Source of the DNA: Candidatus Bathyarchaeota archaeon
GTDB taxonomy: Archaea > Thermoproteota > Bathyarchaeia > Bathyarchaeales > Bathycorpusculaceae
Assembly: GCA_963806535.1 (NCBI GenBank)
Contig: CAWDYC010000007.1
Span: forward strand, 320,001 to 384,000
Direction: 5' to 3'
Length of the DNA stretch: 64,000 nucleotides
A program made the position numbers and the translations under genes. Position 1 is the first letter of the stretch. Each line of letters opens with the position of its first letter. Below, one piece after another: positions 41,524-54,078 of this stretch. Under the pieces are notes generated by a model. It saw only the letters and a list, made by a program, of their open reading frames with translations, was not told where the DNA came from and did not search any database.

Positions 41524-42129
41524 TTACTTTTTGTTCATTCCTATAATGTGCCAGTCTTCTGGGTTGTCACTGCACGTATCAACAGTTAAATGGAGTACAT
41601 GTAAATTTGGATTGTTTTTCTTTATGCCGTCGATGTCTACTGATTCAAACTTTTTCTTGTTAGCAAGATACGCGTCTACCGTTAGAGCATTTGATTCATA
41701 ATTCTCTTTGGTTCTCCTTTCAATTCTTGCAACAGAAACTTCCTGGGGGCAGCTTGTCTGCATTATAACAAATTCCATTTTATGTTTGGCCGCTACTTCT
41801 GCAGCCCGCTTGCGTAAATCTTGAGTTACAAATGTGGCATCCAAAATAATGCCGCCTCCGCTTTTGCCTGCAAGTTCATCTGCTCGACGAAAGACTTCGT
41901 CATAAACTGACATACGTTTGTTCATGTTTCCAGCAACTTTAGGGTCAAAAACATCCTCGTTCTTAAGTACTTCCAAACGGATTATGTCGCTTCGGAGAAT
42001 TGTGTATTTTTTGATTTTTGAGACTTCTTCTGCAGTTTCTGTTTTCCAAGTACCAGGTAATCCGCAGGTAATGAGTAGTGTTCTTGGTCCGAGATTTGCT
42101 TTAATGAATTTGGCAAAAGGTTCTTTCAA
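41524..42129 (-). CDS. AAA_33-type P-loop kinase (COG0645)
   Basis: CGLPGTWKT, SDIIR, ILDATF. Confidence 0.8.
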   Translation of the reverse strand: MKEPFAKFIKANLGPRTLLITCGLPGTWKTETAEEVSKIKKYTILRSDIIRLEVLKNEDVFDPKVAGNMNKRMSVYDEVFRRADELAGKSGGGIILDATFVTQDLRKRAAEVAAKHKMEFVIMQTSCPQEVSVARIERRTKENYESNALTVDAYLANKKKFESVDIDGIKKNNPNLHVLHLTVDTCSDNPEDWHIIGMNKK

Positions 42130-42287
42130 GCATATTCCCTCTTATAGTTAGCTTTGGATGGGGCGTAATTAAACTTTTTCCAACTCAAAACGATGCTTAC
42201 TAACTATTGCTTAACTTAAATTGACTCTAATATAAGGAAATTCTAAATAGGTAGAAGTTACACTGTTCCTAAAAAGAAGGAATATTC

Positions 42288-43544
42288 ATGGAAAAATTCC
42301 AAGTTAAAGACAAAACTTTGGCACCTCAAGGTAACTTACAAATCGAATGGGCCGCAAAACACATGCCCGTCCTTAATATTATAAAAACACGATTCGAAAA
42401 AGAAAAACCGTTTAAAAGCCAAACCTTAGCTGCATGTCTACACGTAACCAAGGAAACAGCAGTCCTTATTAAAGCATTAATTTCTGGAGGTGCAGATATC
42501 GCACTTTGTGGTTCTAACCCCCTTTCAACCCAAGATGATGTCGCTGCTGCCTTAGCAGACAGTGGCGTTCATGTTTTCGCTTGGAGAGGACAAAACACTG
42601 AAGAATATTACCAGTGCATAGATAAAGTCCTTGATTACAAGCCAACCATAACCCTCGACGATGGTGCAGACTTAGTCGGGACTCTACATAGTAAACGCCA
42701 AAATCAGATCAAAGATCTCAAAGGCGGTACCGAAGAAACTACAACAGGCGTTATTCGTCTAAGAGCTATGGAGAAAGATGGTAGTCTCAAGTACCCAATC
42801 GTAGCCGTAAACGATGCCTTCACAAAATACCTTTTCGATAATCGTTATGGAACAGGTCAAAGCACGATGGATGGAATTCTGCGAGCAACTTCAATTTTAA
42901 TTGCAGGCAAAAACTTTGTAGTCGGAGGTTACGGATGGTGCAGCCGAGGCATTGCGATGCGGGCTCAAGGTATGGGTGCAAACGTTATAGTAACCGAAGT
43001 TCAACCCACTCGTGCACTGGAAGCAGCCATGAATGGTCTGCGTGTAATGCCGATGTCTGAAGCGGCTGCTATTGGTGATATATTTGTAACTGCAACCGGC
43101 GACCTAAATGTTATTCGCAAAGAGCACATGCAGAAGATGAAGGATGGTGCAATTATGTGCAATAGCGGTCACTTCAATGTGGAAATCAGCATTCCTGATT
43201 TAGAATCGCTCTCCAAAGGTAAACGCACTATTCGTCCAAACATGGAGGAATATGCCCTAAAGGATGGCAGAAAACTCTATCTACTTGCCGAGGGTAGACT
43301 GGTCAATTTAGCGGCAGCGGAAGGTCATCCATCAGAAGTTATGGATATGTCCTTTGCAAATCAAGCTCTAAATTCTGAGTTCATAGTTAAATCTGGAAAG
43401 CTTCAAAACAAGGTTTACTGTGTTCCAAAGGAAATTGATGAAAAAGTCGCTGAAATGAAGCTTAATTCGATGGGTATAAGAATCGATGAGCTTACTGCTG
43501 AGCAGAAAAAGTACTTGTCATCCTGGGAAATGGGAACGACCTAA
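42288..43544 (+). CDS. ahcY: Adenosylhomocysteinase
   Basis: [36 protein letters not shown]. Confidence 0.97.
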   Translation: MEKFQVKDKTLAPQGNLQIEWAAKHMPVLNIIKTRFEKEKPFKSQTLAACLHVTKETAVLIKALISGGADIALCGSNPLSTQDDVAAALADSGVHVFAWRGQNTEEYYQCIDKVLDYKPTITLDDGADLVGTLHSKRQNQIKDLKGGTEETTTGVIRLRAMEKDGSLKYPIVAVNDAFTKYLFDNRYGTGQSTMDGILRATSILIAGKNFVVGGYGWCSRGIAMRAQGMGANVIVTEVQPTRALEAAMNGLRVMPMSEAAAIGDIFVTATGDLNVIRKEHMQKMKDGAIMCNSGHFNVEISIPDLESLSKGKRTIRPNMEEYALKDGRKLYLLAEGRLVNLAAAEGHPSEVMDMSFANQALNSEFIVKSGKLQNKVYCVPKEIDEKVAEMKLNSMGIRIDELTAEQKKYLSSWEMGTT

Positions 43545-43617
43545 GCAAGAGCTTGCTCATTACATGACAAACTTTAAATTGCTTGACATAATACATGGCT
43601 ATAAAGTGGTGACTTAA

Positions 43618-43989
43618 ATGGTTAGCAAAGATCAAGGTATAGGTGGAGCAATACTCGCAGTATGCGTTATCGTAGCATTAGCATTTGTAGTGCTCGTTAT
43701 TTTCCCGGCAGAGGTTTCTAAGTTATTTGGCATGGCTATCAACGATAATACTGGTAGCACAGTCAGGCTAGATGTCGTCTTGATTCTTGTTTCCATAGCA
43801 TTTATCGCCATATTAGCGATCGGTGCGTGGATAGGCTGGACAATGGCAACAACACCGCCTCCAAAACCAATCGAAGAAATAACAACTGAGATCGAAGAGA
43901 AAAAAGAAGAACCAAAGGCAGACGAGCCAGTTAAACAAGCCGATATGACTTCCACCGAAGATAAAAATGCACCGAAGAAAAAGAAATAA
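43618..43989 (+). CDS. Archaeal two-TM membrane protein
   Basis: SKDQ.IG...AWIGWTMATTPPPKPIEEI. Confidence 0.75.
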   Translation: MVSKDQGIGGAILAVCVIVALAFVVLVIFPAEVSKLFGMAINDNTGSTVRLDVVLILVSIAFIAILAIGAWIGWTMATTPPPKPIEEITTEIEEKKEEPKADEPVKQADMTSTEDKNAPKKKK

Positions 43990-44179
43990 ATTCAAATCAA
44001 ATCTTTTCTATCTTTCGCTTCTTTAGTTTTTTTATTTATCTATATCAAAATTTTATCTGATTACTTAATCGGTTCACGCCTTTTTCCTTCGTTTTGCGGA
44101 CTGCCAAAGCGATTCTAACTATCAGTAAAGTTTTCGAAAGATATCCATAAATGAAATAGTCTCTGTAATCGTACTCTTT

Positions 44180-46330
44180 CTAAACTGACTTTTCGAGTCT
44201 ACGTTTCTTTTGTTTAAAGCTTACGGGTGGCATTTTTGGTTGATGAACACACCATGGATCCTCAGTTAGGTAATCATTTTTTAATTCTGCAGGTTCATGC
44301 AGGTCACCGCAGTAATCTATGAAGTCATTCGAAAGACCGTATGCTCGAGCTCGGCAGCCACCACATGAAGCACGATACTCGCAAACCCCACATTTGCCTT
44401 TAAGTGAATTCGGGTTTCTTAGGTCTTTGAAGACTTTTGAGTTGAACCATATTTCTTTGAAGCTTTTTTCTCGAATGTTTCCGAGTTTAATTGGAAGGTA
44501 GGGGCAAGGTGTTACGTCCCCGTTTGGGTAGATGCGACAATAATATAATCCAGCGATGCAACCGCGAATCCACTGCCTCATATCTAAACCCATGCCTTTT
44601 GCTATTCGCATAAACTGTGGTGCACATGAGGGTCTAACGTTTAATCTATGATTTGCGGTTTTTGCGAATGTCTTTGTTATCATTTCCTCATATTTTTCTG
44701 GTGAAATATCGGTTAATTTGGTTCCTCGGCCGGTTGGAACAAGGAAGAACAAATGGAAGTTTTCCACGCCTATGTTTTCGGCCAATGACATAATGTCATC
44801 TATTTGACTGTAATTCTGTTGCGTTAAGGTTGTGTTGACTTGAACAAGAACATTATTTTTTCTCAAAAGTTTGCAAGCTTCAACGGCTTTTTCCCACGCG
44901 CCTGTTACTCCTCTAAACTCGTCATGTTGCGCGGGAATATTTGAGTCTAGACTAATCGAGACGGTAGCTATTCCTGCTTCCTTCAGTTTTTGTGCAACAG
45001 CTTCGTCGATGAGACTTCCATTGCTTCCAAGCCCCATTTTCAAACCTTTTCTTGCCCCGTACTTGATTAGTTCAAAAATATCAGGGCGCAATAGAGGTTC
45101 ACCACCGCTCAGAATTAGAAGTGGTGCGCTAACTTGGTAGATTTGATCCATGAGATTTTTTGCTTCTTTTGTTGTTAATTCATTTTCAAGTTTTTTTTCT
45201 GTTGCGTTGATGTAGCAATGGCTGCATTTCATGTTGCATTCGCGTGTGACGTTCCAGGACATTACAAGGGGAACAAAGCGTTCAGACTTCTCCGCCATGG
45301 GTGAATGCGCGAGCTTAAGGTAAAATTCACACTTTCCATGCGTTGCTATTCGTTTAGGCTGCCAAAGTGTAAATGGAAAAGGAAGCACAGTATCCAGCAT
45401 TGCTTTTGCATGAGCAAAACAGAAATGAGTGCAAAACAACGAAGATACTTCCGGATTTACACCGTATTTTTCCTGAGCATATGTGTGGCTACCAAAAATT
45501 GGGCAATTCAAAAATTCCATGTGTCCATCGAGCGTTTCTGTGGACATTGTGTAATTGATGAAGTGGTCGCTTAGCATAATTGATTGAAGTTTTTCCCGCC
45601 GCATACCAACCTTAAGAGTTACATCAAGGGCTATGTTAACTGTTTCTTGGCCAAACTTATCCTGAATCCTCTGCATAGCATCCTCCAATTTAATCAAGTC
45701 GATGCTTTTTGCCAGTTCAGCCATGACTAGTAAGCCCTTTATTGTTTCGTACTCTTGAATTAAACGCATCCGTACAATCTGTTCCGTCCAGTCAAGAAAC
45801 AATTTTTTTAATGTAGGGGAAGCCTGAGAGTCTTTATTTTTAAGATGGTTTTCGACTAGTTTGTTACCTTTCCGCAAGTTTGCGAAAAGATTAATTTTTT
45901 CTGCAGTTCCCAAATGTGGAGTCGAGGTTATTTGCTCAAAATTAATGCTAGAAGGCGCTATTCCTGCAATGAGGGTTTTTGCGTCAGATTCAAAATCACC
46001 ATAAATATCATTAAGCTTGGATGACACATCGGGCAAGTCAACATGCAACTCGTCAATTAACATGCGCGTTTCAGAATCCATTTTTGTCACCATAGCCATA
46101 TGATACAAAAGAGAGCCAGCCATACTGGGGTCAGTTTGTTTGCCGCCGTTTACTCCAGTAAAAATTTGAGAAAACAAACTTTTTGCCAAATCAAAGTTTT
46201 CCTCTGTAATTGCAGTTAAGGCTTGATCGAGTTTCTGTTGCCTCAGAAGTAAAAGTTGCGCCCATTTATGGCAGTGTATAGTGTCGAATTTTGTTACTCC
46301 ATCCACGTCCTTAAGGTTGTTAAGATTCAA
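44180..46330 (-). CDS. Radical SAM/SPASM protein (AhbD/NirJ-like) with about 350-aa N-terminal extension
   Basis: WNVTRECNMKCSHCY, SGGEPL, FFLVPTGRG, GCIAG, PCPYL, CGGCRARAY, EDPWC. Confidence 0.85.
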   Translation of the reverse strand: MNLNNLKDVDGVTKFDTIHCHKWAQLLLLRQQKLDQALTAITEENFDLAKSLFSQIFTGVNGGKQTDPSMAGSLLYHMAMVTKMDSETRMLIDELHVDLPDVSSKLNDIYGDFESDAKTLIAGIAPSSINFEQITSTPHLGTAEKINLFANLRKGNKLVENHLKNKDSQASPTLKKLFLDWTEQIVRMRLIQEYETIKGLLVMAELAKSIDLIKLEDAMQRIQDKFGQETVNIALDVTLKVGMRREKLQSIMLSDHFINYTMSTETLDGHMEFLNCPIFGSHTYAQEKYGVNPEVSSLFCTHFCFAHAKAMLDTVLPFPFTLWQPKRIATHGKCEFYLKLAHSPMAEKSERFVPLVMSWNVTRECNMKCSHCYINATEKKLENELTTKEAKNLMDQIYQVSAPLLILSGGEPLLRPDIFELIKYGARKGLKMGLGSNGSLIDEAVAQKLKEAGIATVSISLDSNIPAQHDEFRGVTGAWEKAVEACKLLRKNNVLVQVNTTLTQQNYSQIDDIMSLAENIGVENFHLFFLVPTGRGTKLTDISPEKYEEMITKTFAKTANHRLNVRPSCAPQFMRIAKGMGLDMRQWIRGCIAGLYYCRIYPNGDVTPCPYLPIKLGNIREKSFKEIWFNSKVFKDLRNPNSLKGKCGVCEYRASCGGCRARAYGLSNDFIDYCGDLHEPAELKNDYLTEDPWCVHQPKMPPVSFKQKKRRLEKSV

Positions 46331-46443
46331 TGATGAAGGTAAAAAAGGTTAACGGTGTTCTGATTGACAACAAGCCATCTTTTGTAGAGACCTGTATTCG
46401 ATAAGCTAATTAACCTCTAAAACATCCATAAGCCAATTAACAG

Positions 46444-46740
46444 GTGAAAACTTTGAGTTTCGACTGGATCTATACTCTAGTTGGCTTCCTAATCATGCTT
46501 GGCTTGTTGGGCGGTATCGGCATAAACAAGCCTCGCGGAATGAGCGTTAAAATGTGGTGCGTCGGTTACTTGGCAGTTGCCTTAGGCTTCGACGTGCTCG
46601 TAGTTCTAGGATTAGTCGGAAACTATGCGCCGCTTAACAATTTGCTCTTAGGGCTTTCAGCAGGCGCCGCTACAGGCTTAGCTATACATGTCATGCATCA
46701 TATCAATGAAGAAAACGTTAACCCAACCATAATGGGTTGA
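46444..46740 (+). CDS. Small membrane protein
   Basis: Three hydrophobic segments. Confidence 0.6.
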   Translation: MKTLSFDWIYTLVGFLIMLGLLGGIGINKPRGMSVKMWCVGYLAVALGFDVLVVLGLVGNYAPLNNLLLGLSAGAATGLAIHVMHHINEENVNPTIMG

Positions 46741-47324
46741 GCTATAGGCTCATTTGTTGCCTAATTACTCTTTTCCGCCAGCCATGCATGATTGTTTAGC
46801 TTTTGATTTTGCGGACTTGACAGGAATAATGAAATTTAGTTATTGACGGATTTTGTGCAGTGTTTATTCTTTAAGTTTTAGGTTCCTTTTCTGAATTAAG
46901 CTTTGATTTCTTTACAGGTTGCGTCAAAAATCGCAAGAAACGTCTAAATTCGTCAAATAATGTTCAGGGACAAAAGTGAAAAAGTGAAATTGACTGGAGC
47001 TTATCTCGTTATCTTTTTTAGCGTTTTTTGTTCATTGTGTTTTAAGTTGTTTTTTGGCGAAAGGGCTTGAATTCTTTGCAGGCTGCGTACAAGGAAGGAC
47101 AAGCATACACACCTGCGGAAACCTGAGGAAAATCAAGCTTTAAGAAATGCTTTCACCAAAAATTTCATTACATTTGTATCGGTCAACTTTTTAACGTTAT
47201 CTTTAAGTATTGAAATTACTTCAATTTATGTAATTAAATATTGGAATTCTGATGGTTGTCTAATAAATTGACAACCTTTATATGTCGATAAGAAAAACAA
47301 ATCTTTCCAAAGGATGAGACATTT

Positions 47325-49262
47325 ATGGGAAAGTCCCTTACACGAAAAATCCTGGAAAACCATTTAGTTACAGGCGAATACGTACAAGGCAAAGAAATAG
47401 GCATAAAAATAGACCAAACCCTCACCCAAGACGCCACAGGAACAATGGCTTACCTACAGTTTGAAGCAATGGGCCTCAAGCAAGTAAAAACCGAGCTTTC
47501 AGTGAGCTACGTCGACCACAACACCATCCAGGTAGGTTTTGAGAATGCCGATGATCACAAATACCTACAAACGGTAGCGGCCAAATATGGAATCATTTAC
47601 TCGAAAGCAGGAAATGGAATTTGCCATCAAGTTCATCTAGAGCGATTCGGCAAACCGGGAAAAACCCTCCTCGGCTCAGATAGTCACACTCCAACCGGCG
47701 GCGGCATTGGAATGATCGCAATCGGAGCCGGCGGACTGGACGTTGCAGTAGCAATGGGCGGAGGGGAATTCTATCTTAATTGTCCAAAAGTCTACAAAAT
47801 AAATCTGATAGGCAGCCTTCAGCCTTGGATCACCGCAAAAGACGTTGTTTTAAAGATGCTAGAGATGTTCACGGTCAAAGGCAACGTCGATGTTGTAATG
47901 GAGTACTCTGGTCCCGGAGTAAAAAGCCTAACTGTTCCAGAAAGAGCAACCATCACAAACATGGGTGCCGAAATGGGTGTCACAACATCAATATTCCCCT
48001 CAGATGAGGAAACAAAAAAGTTTCTCAAGGCACAAGACCGAGAAGATGATTGGATCGAACTAAAAGCTGACGATGACGCAGAATATGACAAAATCGTGGA
48101 CCTTGACCTAACCACATTAGAACCTCTTGCAGCAGCGCCGCATAGTCCAGGCAACGTAGTTCGAATTAGCGACCTGAAGGATTTGAAAGTGGACCAAGTA
48201 ATGCTTGGATCCTGTACCAACTCATCTTACAAAGAGATTGCAACTGTAGCTAAAATTATGAAAGGCAAAAAAGTGCATCCCGACGTTTCGTTTGGAGTTG
48301 CACCCGGCTCAAGACAAGTTCTGCAAATGGCCGCAAAAGATGGTTACCTAGGTGACCTACTTGACTCTGGCGCTAGACTATTGGAAGCGACATGTGGCTT
48401 TTGTATTGGTAACAGTCAGAGCCCCAAATCGACCGGCGTCTCATTAAGGACAAGTAACAGGAACTTTGAAGGAAGAAGCGGCACGGCGAATGCGCAAGTC
48501 TATCTTGTAAGCCCAGAAGTTGCAGCTGTGGCAGCACTCACCGGAAAGTTCACAGATCCCAGAAATGCCGGTATAGAATACCCCGCGGTTGAGATGCCCT
48601 CCGAATTTCTTATCGACGATTCCATGTTTATCTTTCCAAAGAACGCCGACAGAAATAGTGAACTTGTCAGGGGACCAAACATCGGTACGCCACCAGTCAA
48701 TGACAAAATGGCTGAGCAAATAAAAGGCATTGTCGGCATAAAGGTTGGCGATAAGATTACAACTGATCACATAATGCCCGCAGGAGCCAGACTCAAATAC
48801 CGCTCCAATGTCCCTGAATATTCAAAGTATGTTTTCGAACCAATTGACAAAGCATTCCCAACCAGAGCAATGGAAGCAAAGAAGCAAGGATTGGCGACGG
48901 TTATCGTTGCTGGTGAATCCTACGGTCAAGGCAGCTCTAGAGAGCACGCGGCACTTTGCCCCATGTATTTAGGAGTAAAGGCAGTTGTAGCGAAGTCAGT
49001 GGAGAGAATTCACGCAGCCAATCTCGTAAACTTTGGCATAATTTCGCTTTCTTTCAAGAACATGGCGGACTATGATAAGATAGATCAAGGAGACGAAATC
49101 GAAATACCAGACATTAAAAAGAAATTGCAAAACAACGAGCCGGTCATCTTGATTGACAAGACAAAGAACCTAAAAATCGAGCTTGGGTACAGTCTTTCCC
49201 AAAGACAAAAAGACATACTTTTCGCCGGCGGTTTGCTCCCATACACCGTTAAGGGTAATTAA
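47325..49262 (+). CDS. acn: Aconitate hydratase
   Basis: QDATGTM, GICHQ, DSHT, GSCTN, CGFCIG, NRNFEGR, GSSREHA. Confidence 0.95.
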   Translation: MGKSLTRKILENHLVTGEYVQGKEIGIKIDQTLTQDATGTMAYLQFEAMGLKQVKTELSVSYVDHNTIQVGFENADDHKYLQTVAAKYGIIYSKAGNGICHQVHLERFGKPGKTLLGSDSHTPTGGGIGMIAIGAGGLDVAVAMGGGEFYLNCPKVYKINLIGSLQPWITAKDVVLKMLEMFTVKGNVDVVMEYSGPGVKSLTVPERATITNMGAEMGVTTSIFPSDEETKKFLKAQDREDDWIELKADDDAEYDKIVDLDLTTLEPLAAAPHSPGNVVRISDLKDLKVDQVMLGSCTNSSYKEIATVAKIMKGKKVHPDVSFGVAPGSRQVLQMAAKDGYLGDLLDSGARLLEATCGFCIGNSQSPKSTGVSLRTSNRNFEGRSGTANAQVYLVSPEVAAVAALTGKFTDPRNAGIEYPAVEMPSEFLIDDSMFIFPKNADRNSELVRGPNIGTPPVNDKMAEQIKGIVGIKVGDKITTDHIMPAGARLKYRSNVPEYSKYVFEPIDKAFPTRAMEAKKQGLATVIVAGESYGQGSSREHAALCPMYLGVKAVVAKSVERIHAANLVNFGIISLSFKNMADYDKIDQGDEIEIPDIKKKLQNNEPVILIDKTKNLKIELGYSLSQRQKDILFAGGLLPYTVKGN

Positions 49263-49267
49263 AGGAG

Positions 49268-50494
49268 ATGCTTAGATTGAGCAAAATAAAAGTTAAAACA
49301 CCAATTGTCGAGATAGACGGAGACGAAATGACCAGAGTGATGTGGCAAATGGTCAAAGACCAGCTCCTTTTGCCCTATTTAGATATGAATATAGCCTATT
49401 ATGATCTTCAGCTAAAGAAAAGGGATGAAACTGAAGACAAAATAACTCTCGAGGCAGCAGAAGCCATAAGGAAATATGGGGTCGGGGTAAAATGCGCAAC
49501 AATCACACCCAACAAAGACCGCGTTAAAGAATACAACCTCAAGAAAGAATGGAGTAGTCCCAACGGAACTATCAGAGCTGCATTGGATGGCACTGTTTTT
49601 AGGGCGCCGATTTTAGTCAAAAACATTCCGCCGTCTGTTAGGTCCTGGAAAAAACCAATTCATATCGGCAGGCATGCTTATGGTGATGTGTACAAGAATT
49701 GTGAGTACAGGGTTCCTGAAGCTGGAAAAGCCGAGATGGTTTTCACAAACAACGCAGGCAAAGAACTTTGGCGTGGAACCATTCAGGATTTCAAGAGTCC
49801 GGGAATAATTCAAGGCATTCACAATACCGACAAGTCAATAGAAAGCTTCGCAAAGGCTTGCTTTACGTATGCTTATGATCAAAAACTACATCTTTGGTTT
49901 GGCGCCAAGGACACGATTTCTAAAACATATGATGCACAATTCAAAAAAATCTTTGAAGAAGAATACAAAAAAAACTGGGAAACTAAGTTCAAACAAACTG
50001 GGCTAAATTACTTTTTCACACTTATCGACGACGCAGTTGCCCGAATAATGAAAACAGAAGGCGGTTTGCTATGGGCATGCAAAAACTATGACGGTGACGT
50101 AATGAGCGACATGTTAGGTTCAGCCTACGGCAGCTTGGCAATGATGACCTCCGTCCTTGTTAGCCCTCAGGGATATTACGAATTTGAGGCTTCTCATGGA
50201 ACGGTCCAGAAACACTATTACAAGTACCTCAGAGGTGAAAAGACCTCAAGCAACTCAATGGCCCTGATATTCGCTTGGACAGGTTGCCTCAGAAAAAGAG
50301 GCGAACTTGACGAAACACCTGACGTCGTGGATTTCGCAACAAAGCTTGAAGAAGCGGCTCTTGAAACTGTCGAAAGTGGAGTCATGACTGGTGATTTAAC
50401 GGTTGTTGCAACTCCTGACCCGAAGAATAGGAAGGTGGAAACCGAAGAGTTTATTGCTGAAGTAGCAAAAAGACTCAAGAAAAAGCTTCAATAG
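49268..50494 (+). CDS. icd: NADP-dependent isocitrate dehydrogenase (type II, eukaryote-like)
   Basis: DGDEMTR, KCATITP, SPNGTIR, GRHAYGD, KNYDGDV, EASHGTV. Confidence 0.95.
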   Translation: MLRLSKIKVKTPIVEIDGDEMTRVMWQMVKDQLLLPYLDMNIAYYDLQLKKRDETEDKITLEAAEAIRKYGVGVKCATITPNKDRVKEYNLKKEWSSPNGTIRAALDGTVFRAPILVKNIPPSVRSWKKPIHIGRHAYGDVYKNCEYRVPEAGKAEMVFTNNAGKELWRGTIQDFKSPGIIQGIHNTDKSIESFAKACFTYAYDQKLHLWFGAKDTISKTYDAQFKKIFEEEYKKNWETKFKQTGLNYFFTLIDDAVARIMKTEGGLLWACKNYDGDVMSDMLGSAYGSLAMMTSVLVSPQGYYEFEASHGTVQKHYYKYLRGEKTSSNSMALIFAWTGCLRKRGELDETPDVVDFATKLEEAALETVESGVMTGDLTVVATPDPKNRKVETEEFIAEVAKRLKKKLQ

Positions 50495-50507
50495 AGAGTA
50501 GACATGT

Positions 50508-51821
50508 ATGGCGCATAAAGCGATTAGGGAAGCAGACGGGAAGCGAATGCTTGCTCGTCTGTTTAAGGACTACTCGGAAGAAAAATACGATGTTTCAGAT
50601 AAAATTGTTACAGTTGATCCATGTACTGACATGGTGAAGCTGCCGAAACAATACGAATGGTTAACAACCGAAAAGTTGGTTGTCAAACCTGATCAGTTGA
50701 TTAAGCGCAGAGGCAAAAACAACCTTGTTCTAGTTAATGCCAATTTCGAACAAGCAAAAGCATGGATAGAAGAGAAATCCAAGAAACCTTTAACCATCCA
50801 TGGAAAGTTTGATGCCCACGGAAAACCAGTCGATAAAGGAATCGTTGGGCAACTTAACCACTTCATCATCGAGCCAATGGTGCCACACAAAGAATCTGAC
50901 GAATCCTATCTTGCCATAATATCAACTAAAGACGGAGACACAATCCTGTTCTACCCTAAAGGCGGCGTGAATGTCGGAGATGTAGACGCAAAGGCAGTCA
51001 GATTAAAAGTACCGATTGGTACATTCCCGAAAGCATCGGAAATCGAAAAAAAATTGTTAGCAGAGGTGCCTGCTGACTGCAAGAAGCTGATTTCCTGTTT
51101 CATCGAATCGTTATTTAAATTCTATGCGGACCTGAACTTCACTTATTTAGAAATGAATCCAATTGTTGTAACAAAGGATTCCGTTGTTCCATTAGATCTT
51201 GCTGCCAAACTCGATAGCACTGCCGAGTTTGAAAGCGGGACGAAGTGGGGAAAAATAGAGTTTCCCGCTCCTTTTGGCCGAACGCTAACTAGAGAAGAAG
51301 CATACATTGAGGAATTGGATTCTAAAACTGGTGCATCGCTTAAGTTAACCGTTCTTAATCCGGAAGGAAGAGTGTGGACAATGGTTGCAGGCGGCGGTGC
51401 CTCCGTCATTTACGCAGATACAATTACCGACCTTGGTTTCATGCATGAATTGGCGAATTACGGTGAATACTCTGGTGACCCAAGCGAGGAATTTACCTAC
51501 TCTTATGCAAAAACAATTCTCGAAGTCATGACACGAAAGCCGCATCCAAAGGGGAAGTTTCTGCTCATAGGTGGCGGAATAGCAAATTTCACTGACGTCG
51601 CAAGCACATTCAAAGGCATTATCAAGGCGCTTAAAGAATACCAGAAGAATCTTCAGGAAAACAAAGTCAAAATTTATGTTCGGAGAGGAGGCCCCAACTA
51701 CAAGGAAGGTCTCTGTCAAATGAGAGAGCTGGGAGAAAAGCTAGGTGTGCCAGTCGAAGTCTACGGGCCAGAAACTCACATGACCAAAATTGTTTCAATG
51801 GCCTTAAAGGAAGGAAAGTAA
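50508..51821 (+). CDS. aclB: ATP-citrate lyase beta subunit
   Basis: [52 protein letters not shown]. Confidence 0.93.
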   Translation: MAHKAIREADGKRMLARLFKDYSEEKYDVSDKIVTVDPCTDMVKLPKQYEWLTTEKLVVKPDQLIKRRGKNNLVLVNANFEQAKAWIEEKSKKPLTIHGKFDAHGKPVDKGIVGQLNHFIIEPMVPHKESDESYLAIISTKDGDTILFYPKGGVNVGDVDAKAVRLKVPIGTFPKASEIEKKLLAEVPADCKKLISCFIESLFKFYADLNFTYLEMNPIVVTKDSVVPLDLAAKLDSTAEFESGTKWGKIEFPAPFGRTLTREEAYIEELDSKTGASLKLTVLNPEGRVWTMVAGGGASVIYADTITDLGFMHELANYGEYSGDPSEEFTYSYAKTILEVMTRKPHPKGKFLLIGGGIANFTDVASTFKGIIKALKEYQKNLQENKVKIYVRRGGPNYKEGLCQMRELGEKLGVPVEVYGPETHMTKIVSMALKEGK

Positions 51822-51822
51822 C

Positions 51823-53673
51823 TTGGCGAAAACAAAATCCACCAAGAAAGAGTCATGTGAACTGTTCGATAGGTGCACTCAAGCATTCATTTACAATAAT
51901 CAGGTCAATGCGACCCAGAGAATGCTGGACTTCGACTATATAGCGGGGCGTGAGACCCCGTCAGTTGCAGCAATAATTAACCCTACGGGCGTTGACAGTT
52001 TTGCAAAGTTTTTCTTCGGCACGAAAGAAATTTTGATTCCTATATACAAAACCTTCGAAAAAGCAACAAAGCTGCATCCAAATGTGGATGTGGTGATTAA
52101 CTTTGCATCATTTAGGTCGGCGGCATCTTCAACTGAGGAAGCACTCAATCTTTCGCATATACGAACCGTTGTAATAATAGCCGAGGGCGTTCCTGAGCGG
52201 CGAATGAAAATGGTCACCGCCAAGGCTAAAGCTCTTGGAAAAGTCATTATTGGACCCGCAACAGTAGGTGGAATAAAAGCTGGAGCGTTCAAAATCGGCA
52301 ATGCAGGTGGCACAATTGAAAATATCATTGACTCCAAGCTTCATAGACCCGGTTCCGTAGGTTTTGTATCCAAATCCGGTGGGTTAAGCAACGAAGCATA
52401 CAACATCATAGCAAGAAACACGGATGGTCTATACGAAGGTATAGCTATTGGCGGAGACACCTATCCTGCCTCAACGCTTCTTGAACATCTTCTCAGATTT
52501 GAATGCATTCCAGAAATCAAAATGCTCGTGTGCTTAGGTGAAGTAGGCGGAACTGCTGAATACGACATTGCTGAAGCAATTAAGAACAAAAAAATAACAA
52601 AGCCCTTGGTGATTTGGGTCACTGGCACATGCTCCAAGGCGTTCAAGACTGAAGTTCAGTTTGGCCATGCAGGTGCAAAAGCTGGTTGTGATGTAGAGAC
52701 TGCCGATGCAAAGAATGCAGCGTTGAGGAAAGCCGGTGCTATAGTTCCCAACTCTTATGATGATTATGACCAGAAGATTAGGGAGACATATGAGAGCTTG
52801 GTATGTAAGGGTATCATTAAGCCTAAGCCAGAGCCGCCCGTGCCTAGGATCCCTATGGATTATGCTAAGGCAGTAAAAGAGGGCCTGATCAGGAAGCCTG
52901 CCAATTTTATCTGCACGATTTCCGATGATCGAGGCGAAGAACTACTCTACGGCAAAATGCCGATTTCCGAGGTCTTTAAAAAAGACATAGGCATCGGCGG
53001 AGTACTCAGTATCCTTTGGTTTAAACGTCAGTTTCCGGCATACGCGACCAAGTTCATAGAAATGGCTATTATGGTTACAGCCGATCACGGACCAGCAGTG
53101 TCGGGAGCTCATAATACAATAGTTGCAGCAAGAGCAGGTAAAGACCTGATTTCTTCCGTGGCAAGTGGTATGCTTACCATTGGTCCCAGATTTGGAGGCG
53201 CAATCGACGGTGCAGCCCAAATGTTCTCCTCTGCATTTGACAGAGGCTTAACTCCTACACAATTCGTTGAAGAAATGAAACAGAAAGGCGAAACCATCCA
53301 AGGAATCGGACACTTGATAAAGAGCATAAACAACCCTGACATGCGGGTCTCCATCATGAAAGAATACGCTAAAAAACACTTCAAAGCAACACCACTTCTA
53401 GACTATGCCCTTGAGGTAGAAAAGATTACCACAGCCAAAAAAGACAACCTCATATTGAACGTAGACGGGTGTATCGGAATTTGCTTTGTTGACATGTTAA
53501 GAAACGAAATGACAAAACAGGAAGCTGACGAATACATTCAGATGGGTGCCCTCAACGGCTTATTCGTAGTTGGCAGAACAATTGGCATGACGGCTCACTT
53601 CTTGGATCAAAAACGGCTAAAGCAAGGTCTCTACAGACATCCATGGGACGACATTACATACATGACAGAATAG
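51823..53673 (+). CDS. aclA: ATP-citrate lyase alpha subunit
   Basis: QRMLDFD, GPATVGG, QFGHAGA phospho-His, [26 protein letters not shown]. Confidence 0.95.
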   Translation: MAKTKSTKKESCELFDRCTQAFIYNNQVNATQRMLDFDYIAGRETPSVAAIINPTGVDSFAKFFFGTKEILIPIYKTFEKATKLHPNVDVVINFASFRSAASSTEEALNLSHIRTVVIIAEGVPERRMKMVTAKAKALGKVIIGPATVGGIKAGAFKIGNAGGTIENIIDSKLHRPGSVGFVSKSGGLSNEAYNIIARNTDGLYEGIAIGGDTYPASTLLEHLLRFECIPEIKMLVCLGEVGGTAEYDIAEAIKNKKITKPLVIWVTGTCSKAFKTEVQFGHAGAKAGCDVETADAKNAALRKAGAIVPNSYDDYDQKIRETYESLVCKGIIKPKPEPPVPRIPMDYAKAVKEGLIRKPANFICTISDDRGEELLYGKMPISEVFKKDIGIGGVLSILWFKRQFPAYATKFIEMAIMVTADHGPAVSGAHNTIVAARAGKDLISSVASGMLTIGPRFGGAIDGAAQMFSSAFDRGLTPTQFVEEMKQKGETIQGIGHLIKSINNPDMRVSIMKEYAKKHFKATPLLDYALEVEKITTAKKDNLILNVDGCIGICFVDMLRNEMTKQEADEYIQMGALNGLFVVGRTIGMTAHFLDQKRLKQGLYRHPWDDITYMTE

Positions 53674-53737
53674 TTAGATTTAAGAAATCGCATCTAGCAC
53701 GTTTTTCGAGTTTCGTTCTTTCACTGAATCCAAGCAG

Positions 53738-53944
53738 CTATATCGCTGAACATTTAACCCACAATCTAAGCCACTCTAAATACTCGTCTCCATCAAGCCA
53801 CTCAACATAAGGTTTTTCCTCACTGTTTAACGGCTCATAACGTACAAAATGTCGTCCATTAGACGTGCTAAATAAAATAGCTTTGAAATCACCAAAGTCA
53901 CTGATGCCTTCAGCAATCTTTTCCATTTTGCTAAACCCGCTCAA
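53738..53944 (-). CDS. Small hypothetical protein
   Basis: Compact protein-like ORF downstream of the Cdc6 paralog. Confidence 0.45.
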   Translation of the reverse strand: MSGFSKMEKIAEGISDFGDFKAILFSTSNGRHFVRYEPLNSEEKPYVEWLDGDEYLEWLRLWVKCSAI

Positions 53945-54078
53945 GACTTGATATTCTTTGATTTAGATATAAAACTAACGCAAATCAGCACGTCTCTAAT
54001 TAGCGCTTGACGACGGGTCATTTTGGGAGAATTTGAGCCTATCGAGTAAAATTGCACCTGCTCTTTGAAGCTTTCACT

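Noticed and set aside
47780-53384. Antisense and alternate-frame ORFs of 60-135 aa within core genes
   Set aside because: Fully overlap well-supported genes and have no motifs; treated as shadow ORFs
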